Of a DNA stretch of 64,000 nt, positions 1 to 13,600 are shown in pieces. The stretch is from the human T2T-CHM13v2.0 reference genome, Homo sapiens, in assembly GCA_009914755.4 (NCBI GenBank), contig CP068257.2:41856001-41920000 (forward strand), written 5' to 3'. Every line of letters begins with the position of its first letter. Position 1 is the stretch's first letter. The notes under the pieces are model-generated. The model saw only the letters and a program-made list of their open reading frames with translations. It did no database searches and was not told the DNA's origin. Made by a program: the position numbers and the translations under genes.

Positions 1-264
1 GGTCTGCAGAGGAGCCGTGTGCAGGAGCAGAGATGGAAGGGCCAGCGCGCAGGCAGCCTTCGGACTCGGCTGCCCAGCTGGGAGGGCTGTGTCTGCACTG
101 ACACGGGTGTCAACAGCAGGGGCGACCTAGAGCGAGTCTGTAAGAAGGAAGGCCGCGACGCCTGCAGGGACCCAGGCCCTCCCAGCCTTAGCACAGCAGC
201 GCTCCTGGCCAAAAACCCAAGTGCCTGCTGCTCACTGTCTCAGAACCCACTTCGAGTACAGAAA

Positions 265-400
265 CATGTCTGTGCATGCACGTGTCTACACAGGTGTGTT
301 TCTGGGGTGTGAACACAGTGCATGTGTACACACACACGTGTATGTGTGTGCATCTGTGTGCCTGGTTCAGGATGTATGTGCACGGACAGCATATGCACAG
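265..400. repeat. imperfect TG/CA-rich low-complexity tract
   Basis: gtgtgtacacacacacgtgtatgtgtgtgcatctgtgtg and flanking TG-rich runs read directly. Confidence 0.6.
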
Positions 401-842
401 GGAACACGCTTGTGCCTGAGTGCGCTGGGGTCAGTGGTGCTGGCCAAGTGAGAATGGGGGTGGGCATGAGGGTGCTGGGCGGGGCCAGGGCAGGAACTCA
501 TGGAACTGGAGGCCTGTCTTCCCCCTGATACATTCCAGAGGCGGGAGGGGGTGGACAGAGTCTGGGGGCTACTTCTTCACCCCAGGCGCTGCCCTCTCAG
601 AGGACCCAGTAGAAACCCACACAACACCCAGTCTCTGTCTGAGGGGAGGATGGGGTGGGAGGACCCCCTCTAAGTGCACTGTGACTTTGGGAAACACACT
701 TGTTCCCCCTTATCCGCGGTTTCGCTTTCCATGGTTCAGTGTCCTGAGGTCAACTGCAGTCTGAAAATATTAAGTAAAAAATTCTGGAAATAAACAATTT
801 ATAAGTTTTTTCAATTGCCTGCCATTCTGAGTGGCATAATGA

Positions 843-1258
<416 letters not shown>

Positions 1259-3299
1259 TGTAGCTGTCCTGATGATCAGAACAAGTGTTGTGGTATCACA
1301 GCACCTGTGTTCAAGTAACCCTCATCCTAGTTAATAACAGCCCCAAATCAGAAGAGCAGTGATGCTGGCTTATTGTTCTAATTGTTCTACTATTAGCTAT
1401 TGTTGTTAGTCTCTTACTGTGCCTAATTTATAAATTAAACTTTACCACACATACGCATGCAGAGGACAAAACATGGTCTATCTAGGGTTCTGTCTAGGGT
1501 TCAATGCTATCTGCGGATTCAGGCATCCACCGGGGATCTTGGAATGCATCCCCTGAGGATAAGGGAGGGCACTGCACCTGGGCACTGTGGCTCCAACTGC
1601 TGTTCGTCTGTCATGTAGTGACTGACAGGGCTGACCTCATCTTAACCTGCTTACGTCGGTAAAGACCCTCTTTCTAAACAAGGTCACATTTACAGGCACT
1701 GCGGGTTAGGAATTCAGTATCAAGGGGATACAGTTCGATCCATAAGTAAGTAAATTCCCAAGTAAATATGTAACCTCAGATTGAGAAGTGCTCTGGAGAA
1801 AATAGGGGAATTCACCAAGGCAACCTAATTATGTTCCAAAATATTCAGAACACATTGCTATTGGAAGACCGTTCTCTATCCTTCCACCTGGACTGGCCTC
1901 TGTCCCTCTATCCTCAAACATCCCCTGAGGACTCAGCGTTTCATTCCTTGCTGCCCACGTACAGCCCTGGGGCTCTTTGCTCTGCTTCTGGGGTCTCACG
2001 CGGAACTCTGAGGAACATGGACGGCCGTCACAGGAACCTCAGTGAGCCCCGAGCAGGCTGGACAGCAAGGGCAGGGGACTGAGGCTCAACAACCAGCCCC
2101 TCCCCCAACAGGCCATGGCAGCTCAGCAGACACTCCCATGCTGCCTCCCAAGGCCAAAAGAGGACGTGTTTGCAAAGGGTGTTGTCCTTCCCCTTGCCTG
2201 CAGTGATTCAGCCAGCTGAACGAGAACTCGTGGTCACCTTAGGCAGCCACGCTGGACAAAAAAAACAACATGCAACCAAAAGTCCCCTTTGTCCTCGTTC
2301 ACAATGCTTCTTGCCTAAATTACCCACGTCTGCTGGAAGACTCGGGCGCATTTCGTCTGTACCGAGAGCAATCAGGAAGTTTGGGGTCTGTGGTGCTCCC
2401 CAGCACAGCAAGCCCCAGGGCTACAGGGGAGTCGTTAGCTCCCAGGCCAGGGCTCTGTGGACACTGCGAAGACCGGTGCCTGCTGCAGGTGGAGCAGCTG
2501 TGAGACCTCCTGGCTCGTCTTCCCAGGGATGCGGGCTTTAATTTTCCATCCTGGCTGCCGTCCCCTTCCATGACCTGCGCTTATGAATGGCCATGTCCAA
2601 CAAGTGGCATCACCCCCTCCCACTGTCTCCAAGGAGCCTGCTCTGGGGAACGCTATCTTGTTTTTCTAAAGAGCCACGTCTACAAGCAAAGAGGAAGGTG
2701 TGTGGTGCCTTCCAAAGTGCTAGCTGCCGGGAAAGGACACATCCCTCACACCTCCTTTTTGAGCTGCAGAAAATGCAGCTCAGAGATGCCAAGTGAGCAT
2801 CGCACTCAGGAATGCGCTGTGCCCTCCGTGGAGTCAGACTTTGGCCTCTTAAGCAAGAGCAGGAGAAGACGAGGGGGTGGGCAGCAGCCAGGGGCAGGCG
2901 CTGGCACAAACAGATGAGGATCTAAATCCACCTGCTGGTCACACAGCCCTGAGCTGGTGCCTCGCCCCTCACAGCCCCTGCTGCAGGTATATAAAGCTGG
3001 GCACGGGTGGACAGGACGCAAAGCAGTGATATGTGCCTCCAGTCAGCCCTGAAGGCCAGGGTGGCAGCTTCCCCTAAGAACAGAGGGCGCCTGGGTGGCT
3101 GCCCCAAGAGAACAAAGCAGTGCAGACCTGCAGCTCCCCCTGCAGTGAACAGAGCTCTCTGCAAACGTTCTCTGACAGCAATGTACCGAAATCTCTTCCT
3201 AACTCAAGTTTACAAAAATTTTGTTTTCTTCTAGAAATTTAATAGTGTTAGATCACATATGTGGGTCTACGATCTGTTAAGGTTCTGTATGCAGTGAAA

Positions 3300-3520
3300 A
3301 GTATGCAGTTCCACTTTTGTGCCAGTGGATACCCAATTGTCTCTGCTCCATTGTTAAAAAGACTTCCCTTTTCCACTGAATTGTCTTTGAATCTTTGTTG
3401 GAAATGTGTGTCTGTATCTGTGGGTCTATTTGTGGACTCATTGTGTTCCACTGATACACTGTCTATCCTAATTTCAACACCACACTGGGATTATGGTAGG
3501 TTTATGGTAGGGAGGCCTTC
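3300..3520 (+). mobile_element. ancient L1 (L1M-type) ORF2 3'-end fragment
   Basis: ccattgttaaaaagacttcccttttccactgaattgtctttg ... gggtctatttgtggactcattgtgttccactgatacactgtctatcc parallels the L1 segment ccattgttgaaaagactgtcctttccccattgaattgtcttgg ... gggtttatttctggactctcaattctattccattgatctatatgtc. Confidence 0.45.
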
Positions 3521-6500
3521 GCCTCTGGCCTGGGGTGTTGACGGAAGCTGCTCCCAGGCAGTGGTTCCTGGGGACAGTAGGGGCAGCAGGACCCCGCTGG
3601 CCCGCTCTGCACCTTGGGCCGCCTGCCTCTGCTTCCGCTTCCCGCCACCTTTGCTCCACAAGGTCACAGCCCAGGAGACGAGGCAGACTCCTCCAGATTT
3701 ATGTCCAACACCCAATCTGGGTTTCTGAAGAAACTTCTCTCGGAAACGCCCAGCTTCCCCGGTTTCCTTTGTTCCCAGAACCGGCAGGGAGCAGAGACAA
3801 GAATCATGAGCCTCCCAGCAGCCTGGGCCCTGGGGGAACGCCACCACCCTGCTGTGCTTCACATTCCCCAGCCACAAACGGGGACAAGTCTCCCTTCCCC
3901 TCCTGGATCCTGCACTCTGTCCTGGAACCTTCCAGAGAGAACAGGCCCAGAGCCTGCAGAACCTGTGTCACCCAGAACCCCCACTGGCTGCACGGGAGAC
4001 TCGCTGGGGCTTTTGAAGGCCTACACAGTTCTCTGGCTGTGGTGTGAGGAGTGGTGGAGGCTGCAGGAGGACTGAGGGCCTCCGCTGCGGAGAAACCAAG
4101 GAAGGAGGGGTGCTGCCTGCCATGAGGTGGCGCTCAGCCTGCCAGCGCCCACATCACAGGGGCTCCCATCCGCCCGCCTGCCCCGGAGCTCGCCCGGCCT
4201 CCATCTCCCCGTCTCGGGACATGGTGACTGCGCCCTCACCTAGTTGCTCTGAGGATAGAAAGCAATCCACCGAAGCCTCATGCAGGCACACAGGGTGGAC
4301 ACGCTCAGAACATAGGCCTGGCAGGCAGCCCCTACCAGAGCCAGGCATTCGTTCACACGCATCAGCCATTCTGGGGGAGGAAGGAGGAGAGGCCCCAACT
4401 TTACAAGCCCCGTGCCCGCAGATGAGGGGAAGAAGTAAAGATGGAGGCTGTGGGTCCCCATGTGGCGGGGCCCTCTGTACTCCTGCCCCGCCGTGGCGGA
4501 TAATGGGAAACCGCAAAGGAACACACTGTGGCCGTTTCTTCGGGATGGACCCGCGCGTCCTCACTGCCTTTCTCTCGGGATCCTGGGGCTCAAGTGAACT
4601 GATGCCATCCTTGGTTCATCGTTTGTTCATGTAAGGCTCCCTTGTATTTTCATCCGTTCATTTTAATAACGTGATGAGCACTTGTGAACCTACCCCACTC
4701 CAAGAAGTGGACAGCAGAGAAAGCAATCAACATGCTTCTTTCTCTCCCATTCCCACCCTGCCTGGCAACCTCCATCTGGAGTTTTCTCCTTCTCCTTTTT
4801 CTTAAAAGTTTTAACACATATACACACACTTGCTGAAAAACACACGGCTTGTTGTGCTTGTTTCCAAGCTGTATGGGACGGAGTCACACAGAGTCTTCGG
4901 GACTTGTCATTTTCACTCAGTCTTAACGCTATGCAGCACTGGTGCTGTCGCCGTGGCCTTCGCTCACCGTGGCCAGAGCTGTGTGGGGTTTCCGCGTGCA
5001 GCGCGCCATGAAGTGCTCCTTAACTCTGGGATGGCACTGGGCTGTGTCTGGCTTGGGGCTGCTCCCAACAGAACTGCCCTGAGATGTGAGCACATGCTCG
5101 AGCTTCTCCTGGGGGTGCCTGCAGGGAACCTGCTGTAGAAAGGGCACATGATGTTCAACGTCACACATAGTGCCAAACGGGTTTCCCAAATATTCAGACC
5201 GCTGCTCCCCCAGAAGCACTGGGAGAGAGCCACATCCCGCTCAGGCTCGACAGGTTGGACTTCCGAGGTTCGGCCAATCTGGTGGGTGCACAGTGGTCTC
5301 CTTACCATCCAGGTTTGCGTGTCCCTGGAGACTAATGTGGTTGACCATCTCTTCCCATGTTTGCCAGCCAAATCACTGAGAAATGCCTGCCAGTCACATA
5401 TGTATGTTTCTCCATTGGGTTGTAGGTCTTTTTCTTACTGATTGGTAGGATTTTTTTATTTAAATTTCTTTCAGGTGGTTTTGGTAAGCATGTGTTCTTA
5501 GCTGGCAAACTTTCAGATCGTACCAACCCTTTCCTCTTTGGCTGGCACTCTTGGGTCCTGTTGAAGACTCCTCGCTGCTGCAGGTCCGCGGCTATTCGCT
5601 TGGTGCCCTGCTCTGGGGAAAGGCAGCCCGGGTCTGCCCCACTCCTGCCGAGTGTGCCGGCTCTTCCTTTGCGGGAGAAACCCTTCCCAGAAAAGCACCA
5701 CTGGGGAGAGGCCCTGCCTCCTGCTCGTGACTTAGGACACACCACAAGCTCCAAGGGACCCATCTGCGCAAATGACAACCACAAAGGACACCTCTGTGGG
5801 GAGTCATTGATCTCACAAGGCAGGGAGGGGCCTCAAGGGGTACCCCAAAACAAACTGAGCAAATGCAAGCTGGACCCAAATGGCAGGGTTCTTCAGTGGC
5901 CCAAAGTGGACTGGGGTACCCAGCACTCAGGAGGCCAGTGTGCACCAAAGCCCAGGCTCGGGAGGACAGAGCGTTGGGCAGGGGCAGAGCCGGCCAGACT
6001 ATGGTGACCACAAGGCCAGGCCGGCCAACTGGCCCCTCACAGGCGCAGTCAGCAAGACACACATGTGGCCTGTGATGACACAGACCCTGGACTGGCACTC
6101 GAAGGTCAGAGCCAGGATAGGCCAGCCCTGTTCTCACAGGCCTGTGGCCAGCAGGACAGTGCAGCCTCAAGGAACAAGCGAACTGAAACACCAAGAACAG
6201 CCCCGTGGGTGCAGAAGCCCTGGGCAGCATCAGCGTCAGAACAGCTGCTTGCAGACCCACCGCCCCTCCCTCCCTCTCAGCCAAGTAACTCAGTGCTGCA
6301 GCATCTGTACAAGATAGAAGCACATCAGTGATGCCCCACAGCCACCGCAGGCCCCCGAGGCACACAGACATGGCCATTCAAAACAACCCACAAGGGCAGG
6401 CAAGGCTCTCTCCAGAAGACCACGACTAATCCCATCTAGACAGGCCAGGGCAGAAGCACAACACGCCAGAGGCAAGCACCCACCAAGACAGCCTGGCTCC

Positions 6501-8048
6501 ACCACCCCCCACTCCTTCTGCAGGCTGAGAGACGGCGACAACAGCACCCTGGCACTGCACCACCCTGGACCACTCCTTGCTGTGCCAGGCTAAAGGACAG
6601 CCGGTCCTGCCCTCACAGAGCACGCGTGGCAAGGTCTCCACTGCTGAGACAGCAGTCACCTGGCTCTTTCACTTTAAAACGCCTCTGTGAGACTGGAACA
6701 GGAATTAAAAGAAATTAAAGAACGTGTAAGCAGAAACTCAGTTGTAAGAAAACCCAACTCCCCCTGAGAAAGAGAAAGAGCTGGAGTCCTTTAAAAATTA
6801 ACTGCCTGTTTTTCTGTGGCTAGTGAGCTTTATCTCTCCCTTTCCCAGGCATTGTGGAGACCCTGATTCCCTAGCTGTGCAGCTGCAAGGTCACAGATAA
6901 ACTCAAGTCGCAAAACATGTTTCTCCTTAAAAAGTAAGAAATGACATAATGCATGTCTCAATTAATTAAATAACTGTCTTTGTTTCTCGCTTGTGTAATA
7001 TGCTTCCCCCTGTACAGATCTCCCCCCGCCCCATGAGATGCTTAAAAGGTAACTTAACTCTTTGTTTGGGACTCAGTCGTTTGGATGTTAATCCGACTGG
7101 GCTAGTGCACCTAAATAATAAATATCCTCCTGTACCCCATCAGTTTCTCTGATTCCTTAAAAAATCCCGCTACAAGACAGCGGCCGCTCTGGGCTGTGTC
7201 TTTCACACTGAGTTCTCTCCCACCCAGCCTGAGGGATCATCTCCCAACTGCTGTGAGCTGAGCCGGTGCTCACAAGACACCTTAGACCCTTCAGGCTTGA
7301 GGTCTGTGCACAGCTACCTTCAATGAAGAGCATAAGTCAAGCTGCTCTTCAATGAAGAGCAGATGCCTTTCACTGCTGAATTACCCAGAGAGGAATTCGT
7401 GGTTGTGCCCAGGATGGGAAAGGCTTCCAGGAGCCCCAGGGGTGAGGTGTACTCCATACTCAGTGCTGGAAGCCTGGGGCATCAGGAGGCCCCCACTCTG
7501 CCCCTCATCCCCGAGTTCCTGGTCGCAGATGCAGCGTCACACCTGAGAGCCAGAGGGAGGTTTCAGGGTGTAATCTAGCCTGTGTGACCCCTTGTTCCTG
7601 ATGAACACCTGGAACCCAGGCCAGCAGCCTCCCCTGTGCCCACGGAGTAGGCAGTTGCAAATGCACATGCAGGAAGAAGGAAGTCCTTTCTCTTAGATCC
7701 CACTCTGAGTTATTGCTGTGGCAACCATTCCTAACGCTCATCTCCTTTTCTCCAGCCCGTCTCAGAAACACGTGGTGAAGCTCCATGATGAAACGCTCTG
7801 ACCCACTCTGCAGGGTACAGCATTAGCGTTCAGGTCGGCTTCCTGAGCCCAGGAAATGTCCTGGCCCTGGCACAGCAGTGGGTGGCTGGTAGGGCCCTGA
7901 GCTAGGCAGGGAGGCCCCTCCTCAGGCTTCTCTGTTCTTTCCCAACCCTGGGAGGAACACCTGGATGGGGCCACCCTCTGTCTACCCCACTGGCCTCAAC
8001 AGAATGAAAACCAGACTCATGAGATGCTCAAACTCCCAGGCAAGGATC

Positions 8049-8365
8049 CCCAAGAACGGCAGAGCCCAGCAGGTGAGGCCTCCCATGAACAGCAGAGCCC
8101 AGCAGGAGAGGCCCTCAGGAACAGCAGAGCCCAGCAGGTGAAGCCCCCAGAACAAAGGTGTCTGGCAGGTGAGGTCCCCTGAACAACAGTGGTGTCCAGC
8201 AGGAGAGGCCCCCGAGGAACAGCGTTGTCTGGCAGGTGAGACCCCCAGGGATAGAGATGTCCGGTAGAAGAAGCCTCCCAGGGACAGAGATGTCCGGTGT
8301 CCAGTGTCCAGCAGGCGAGGCCCCCCAGGGACAGAGGTGTCCAGCAGGAGAGTCCCCCGACGAGC
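8049..8365. repeat. GC-rich minisatellite (VNTR-like): about 10 tandem units of 31-35 bp, consensus near gaacagcagagcccagcaggtgaggcccccag
   Basis: tandem units gaacggcagagcccagcaggtgaggcctcccat / gaacagcagagcccagcaggagaggccctcag / gaacagcagagcccagcaggtgaagcccccag ... read directly; the overlapping minus-strand ORFs 7982-8488 are its translation. Confidence 0.85.
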
Positions 8366-11300
8366 ATCCTTCTGAATGAGTGCTCCAGAGGAGGCCCCTC
8401 TGGAGGTAGGTGGGTACAGTCTGGTGGCGACATCCTGCATGTGCACGCACAAGAGAAGAGCCCATGCAAATCCACAGGGCGAATGCAAAGTCCTGCCGAG
8501 GATCCTCTACTCTCTGCCCGGCCCAGGGGTATGTGGGGAAAGTAGGTGAGGTGGCTTTTCTTTCCTATGGACCAGACCCTGCTGTGGGTCAGAGCTAGGG
8601 CCTCAGGACAGCACTCCCTCCAGGAGGCAATTATTCTTGAGGAGTCACTCTTCCAGGGCTGTCTTCCCTAGTGTCTTCTGTGAAGCGCCGTTGCTGCTGG
8701 TGAGAAGGAGGGGAGAGGAAAGCCATCTTCAGATGCTCAAGAATCTGCCAGGTGTGAGAGGGACCAAAACTCGTCTCTGCAGCTCCCGAAGACATAGCCA
8801 GGATGACAGGGGAAGAGTAAGACAAAGGCGTTTTCAACTCCGTGCGGAGAACTTTAAACAGTGAGAACGCTCCAAGAACAGACAGGGTGAGCTGGAGGTT
8901 CCTCTCACCTGTGAGTCTTAGATCCACAGCTGCACATCATACTGTCCCTTTTCAGCCCTGTACTGTCCCCTGGGCACAAGAGCTTGCCATCTGCCCTGCA
9001 TCCTCACACCAGCTGGCATGACCTCCTTGGGACACCCTGTGGATGCCTTCCTTGCCACTGCACACTGTCCCCTGGCCGACGTCACTCTTGACTTTTATAC
9101 AAGCCTCGGGGAGTCCCTGAACCTCTGACACCTCTGTTTCCTTTACATTTCCTGCAAATTGAAAGTCTGGTCGGGATCAGTGATTCCCAACTCATGCTCC
9201 ACAGACTAGAAGGGGCTGGACTAGGGTGGCCCGATGGTCAGACGGGCCTGGGAAATGCTGGGCCAAGCAGAGTAAGCAGGTGTCTCTGCTGTGGATTTCT
9301 CAGAGCCTTTAACTGGCACCTGTTGTGAATCTCTGAGAGAGCAACAGGGCTTCTAGGCTCCTCTGCCCCTGGTGCCAACTGATCTGCAACATCAGGTAAC
9401 ATCCCTGTGGTGGGTGAGCAGCAACAATCTGGGCCGGTGGTACTGGGGTAAAAGAATTTACCAAGACAGTTGTAGGCAAAGAAAGGCAGATTTATGAGAG
9501 AAAGTATGAAAACGCATTCCAAGGTTGCAATGGGCAGAATCAGCAGAAGAGGAGCCAACTGCAAAGAAACAAAGGCTTGCTGGGGATTTTATAGGGTGGT
9601 TCTTAGGCTGCAGAGGGCGACGTGCAGAACTAATAACGCCAAGGCAGCCAGGAGCTAACTTGGAGGTGTCTGGCCATAGCTCGGCCCAGGAAGATCATGA
9701 GTTACCTGAGCAGGAGGCCTGCGTGTCCTGGACCATGAAGAAAGTCAACTCTATAGCTTATCTGCTTTCTCTTTTTGCTTGCCCTTGGTCCTGCCAGCCT
9801 GACTCCTTTTCCCTAATTAGGACTCCACAATCCCAAGAAGCTAACATTCACAGACACAGGCTGGGAGACATCGGCTGACGCAGTTGATGAGGGTCCCTTA
9901 CGGCACCAACACCGCTTGCTGAGGCTCTGCTGAGACTCAGAAGGTGCCCTTACATGGAGCCAGAGAACAAATCGAGGCCACAGGGGGAAGGCAGGAAGAG
10001 CTGCTTCAAAAGAGAAACTTCAGGCTCCCATGAGCCTTTTAACAGCCTCCCTGCAAGGCAGCCACTGACTGATACCAGCCAGGTGATCAGTACAGGAGAG
10101 GACGGGGCCCAGGATGGGGCTATCCATCCGGGAGAGGGGGGTGCTTTACAGACTTTTCCAGAAGGTCCCCAGGGGAACCTTCACAATTCAAGGGCAGAAA
10201 GGATGTGAGGTCTGGTGAGGTTCCAACAGCCAGAGAGGAGCCAGGCAGGTCTGTTCAGCTTGAGTGCTTGGCCCATCAGCAGCTTGCGTTGGGTCAGAGC
10301 CTTCCTCCCTCAGCCCCAACCCCCTCCCTGCTACAGCCCCAAAACAGACAAGTCTGAACAGGTGTGACTAGAGGGAGCCAACAGGCAGGGTCCTTGGTGG
10401 GTGACACATGCTCACTCCCGACACTGACTCAGACAGCAGCAGGGAAGGGAAACCCCAAACCATTCAGGCTAGCTGAGTCAGCAGGTACAGTGTGGCCCAG
10501 AGCACGGGCTCAGCCCAGCTGACTCCTGGTACCTTGGGGAGGCACTGGGAAGTTTCAGCCAGGGAAGGAATGACTGCTCTGATTTCTATTTCTAAAAGAT
10601 CCAACAAGCCACTGGAGAGAGAATGACTGAGGGTGGAAAAACAGTCTGGTGAGACAGAAACTGAAGGAGGAAACCAAATGGCTCTGCTGTTTCTGAGTCC
10701 ACAGGGCCTGGACACAGAACCCCGCTACTCAGTCAAACTCTTACTCTAGGAGTTGCTGGGAGGGCATGTGGTAGCTCCGGGTGACTTCAAGTAAAGGAGC
10801 TTGTCCTCAAACATCTGGGTGGACCTCCTGTCAATAGCTGAAGGCCTTGAGAACCACACGGAAACTTCCCTGAGGAAGGAGAGATTCCTCCCATGGACTC
10901 AGTGTCAGCTCCAGCCTGAGAGTTTCCAGCCTCCCGCCTGCCCTGGATTTCAGACTTGCCTAACCAGCACCCCCACAGTTGCATAAGCCAGTTCCTCGCC
11001 ATATATGATGCAGCCACATTAAGCATGAAACATCTGTTTAGCATCCAAATGTGCCAAAGAAAAAGATTTACACTGATCAGAATTTGTTGGCATTTGATGC
11101 TGGAGCTGAGTGTGGGGGCTGCTCTGGAGATGGGTCCAGCCCAGGGCAGTGCCCATAGTGAGATACCCAAGAAAGGAGGCCAGCGTGGTTGGAGGAGACC
11201 TGGGAGGGAGCTGGCTCAGGCGAAAGGAGGAGGAAGCACTGGTGCTGGGGGCAGGGGAACTTTGACCCCAGTGTATCCGAGTGTCAGGGGAGGCAGGGGG

Positions 11301-12059
11301 TGGCAGAAGGGGTGCTGGTATCCGAAGGGCAGGAGTGGACTGATGGGGGATGTGTGCTGTCAATGTTTCCTGAGATGGAGCAGCTGTTCCCAGCCACGGT
11401 GCAGCTGCATAGGACAGCCCAGAAGAGGCAGAGCTGAGTGACACCAGGGCCAGCTTTGCCAGATAAGCGCAATAGTGGGCAAGCAGTGAGAACATGAAGG
11501 GTGTTCCTAACAGAGTGGCTCTAACACGGTGCTGCCATGGAAGTTTTCTAGGGAGGAAGGGGGCCAGCCGGGGTGAGGCACAGGGGGCTGCTGTGCCAAT
11601 GGGCAGGACCAGCTGTGCCAGGTCCGGGTGTGGGGCCAGCTTGCTGGGATGTGGTCTTAGAACCAGTGAGAAGAAAAGTAGAAACATGCAGGCAAGGGGT
11701 TCCCAAAGGGACTTTTCAGAGGGGTGGCAAGGCCAAGGGGCTGGGCGGCCTGGAAGGGCCACCACCAGGATTAGTTCAGGTTGCCCAGAAGCTAGCACCA
11801 GGTGGCTGAGGCCACAAAGAGAAGCTGATGAGGGGCGACAGGGGCAGCCAGGGCATTTCCTTTCTGAACTGTCCCCACTCAGATGAAAGCACCATGACTG
11901 ACACACATCTGTGCACAAGGCGAGTAGCCATGGAGCAGCTCCTCCGAGAGCAGGCAAGGCACGAGAGGCACAGAGAACCCCATTTCAGAGAACCCCATGG
12001 TGGCACACTGGGAGAGAAGGCTCCTGACAGAGGGGCTCTGTGAAGCTCTCTGTGGAGTT

Positions 12060-12180
12060 GCAACTCGCACACGCGTGCACACATTCATACACTCATACAC
12101 GTGCACACACATGCACAAACCCCCACACACTCACAAGCCTATGTGTGTGCACACACGTGCATACACTCATACGTAAACGC
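12060..12180. repeat. imperfect CA-rich low-complexity tract
   Basis: gcacacgcgtgcacacattcatacactcatacacgtgcacacacatgcacaaacccccacacactcacaagcctatgtgtgtgcacacacgtgcatacactcatacg. Confidence 0.6.
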
Positions 12181-13323
12181 AGCCACCCCCACCCAGCACC
12201 AGGTACCCACCCTCGAACTCCAGAGGTTCCTGGGCACAGGTCCTCGAGCCTGTCCAGGGCCCCAGCTCCCAGCTATGCTCATCCCAAATCGCCCTCGAGA
12301 CTGCCCAGAGCATGACTCCGGCTAGGGCCCCTCTGGGGGCCTCCCTCAGCCTCCTCCAGTTCACAGACCCTTTCCTGATCCTCAGGGCCAGGGCAGATCC
12401 CAACCAGTGAACTGGAGAAGAGGGGCTTGGGACACAAGGGGATAAGAAACGAGTGCCCCAAAATGCTGCAGTAACCATTCGCCTCCAACTTGAATGGCCT
12501 ATCATCCTAAACGTGAAAACAGATGCAGGTGTCAAGCCGATGCTTAGGGAGATACTCAGCCCTCCCAAATCCCAAGAAAGGATTAGGCCTTCCAAAAAAT
12601 TCTAGTGACAACTTTCTAGGAAGAGCAGGCCTTTGGTGATGGCTGGTCTTGAGGGCTGGGAATGGATGGCTGAGCTCCAGGAGGAACTGAGCTCAGGTGC
12701 AGCCTGTCCAAGGGCAGTGGGAGGCTCCAGTATGATGCTAGAACATTCTGTTGCCAAGGAGAAGGTCCGCCCTCTGTATAAAGTTCAGACAGTGCCCTCC
12801 ACACAGGCTTCTGCCAGCCCTCATGACCTTGCAGCTGGCCTCTCTGTCCTCCCCATTCTTCACATCCAGCCAGTTTCTCCCACACACGGGGCCAGGGTTG
12901 CTCAGCCCTTTATACCCGGCCATAATGAGAGAAAAAGCATTTATGCTGAGGTGATTTTTGCCAAGAAAGAAGGCAACCATGGGCTTGTTTCTGTCATTCC
13001 TGCTGCACTAACCCTGTCAAAGTGTGACAGCCACTGCTTCCCAGGTGGCAAGACAAGAAATGCTGGGTTGAGAAGCTGGTCCAACGACCTTGAATTTCTG
13101 GAGAGAGAACTGGGAGGCCTTGCTCTTCTCCCTTTTCTGGGCTCACAACCCCAACACATACAATCCTTCTTCCACAATGTGGTGGTGAGTCATCCACACT
13201 GGGTGACCAATGGAGGCCTGGTCATTATCCAAACAATTAAGCCTCAACAGACCAATTTATCTGGCCATCCACTGTGAAACATATCTCAGACGTTCTAAAA
13301 AGATAGGAAAGAAAAGAAAAATT

Positions 13324-13600
13324 CAGCCTGTAATCTTAGTACTCTGGGAGGCCCTGGCTAGGAGCTTGAGACCAGCCTAGGCAACATAGTGAGACCCCCA
13401 TCTCTACAAAAAAATATTAAAATTATCCAGGTGTGATGGCACACACCTGTAGTGCCAGCTACTTGGGAGGCTGAGGTGGGAGGATCGCTTGAGCCAAGAA
13501 GTTCAAGGCTTCAGTGAGCTATGACTGTGGCACTGCACTCCAGCCTGGAAGACAGAGTGAGACCCTGTCCCTAAAAAAGAAAAAAACAAAAAAATAAGGA
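13324..13600 (+). mobile_element. Alu SINE, sense, slightly 5'-truncated, A-rich tail
   Basis: cagcctgtaatcttagtactctgggaggcc ... gcactccagcctggaagacagagtgagaccctgtccctaaaaaagaaaaaaacaaaaaaa. Confidence 0.9.

Noticed and set aside
5592-6377. 261-aa minus-strand ORF and the overlapping plus-strand ORFs (5492-6007, 5880-6317)
   Set aside because: Several long overlapping ORFs in multiple frames and on both strands is the signature of GC-rich stop-poor sequence, not of a gene. No similarity to known proteins was recognised.
7982-8488. Three overlapping 116-168 aa minus-strand ORFs with repetitive GLSCWTPLSLGG-type peptides
   Set aside because: They are the six-frame translation of the 32-33 bp minisatellite at 8,049-8,365. 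Periodicity in the DNA produces periodic pseudo-peptides in every frame.
11019-11957. Longest ORF in the track (312 aa, minus strand)
   Set aside because: Lies in GC-rich DNA where stop codons are rare by composition. The product is Pro/Ser/Ala/Leu-rich low complexity with no recognisable domain. There is no splice-site or Kozak context. Eukaryotic genes here would be spliced, so an unspliced 0.9 kb ORF is not evidence of coding.
12633-13277. 214-aa plus-strand ORF in unique sequence
   Set aside because: No recognisable motif. The 3' third (…ccacaatgtggtggtgagtcatccacactgggtgaccaatggaggcctggtcattatccaaacaattaagcctcaacagacc) looks repeat-like. It sits immediately before an Alu. Chance ORFs of this length occur in 64 kb of mammalian DNA. 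Kept only as low-priority.
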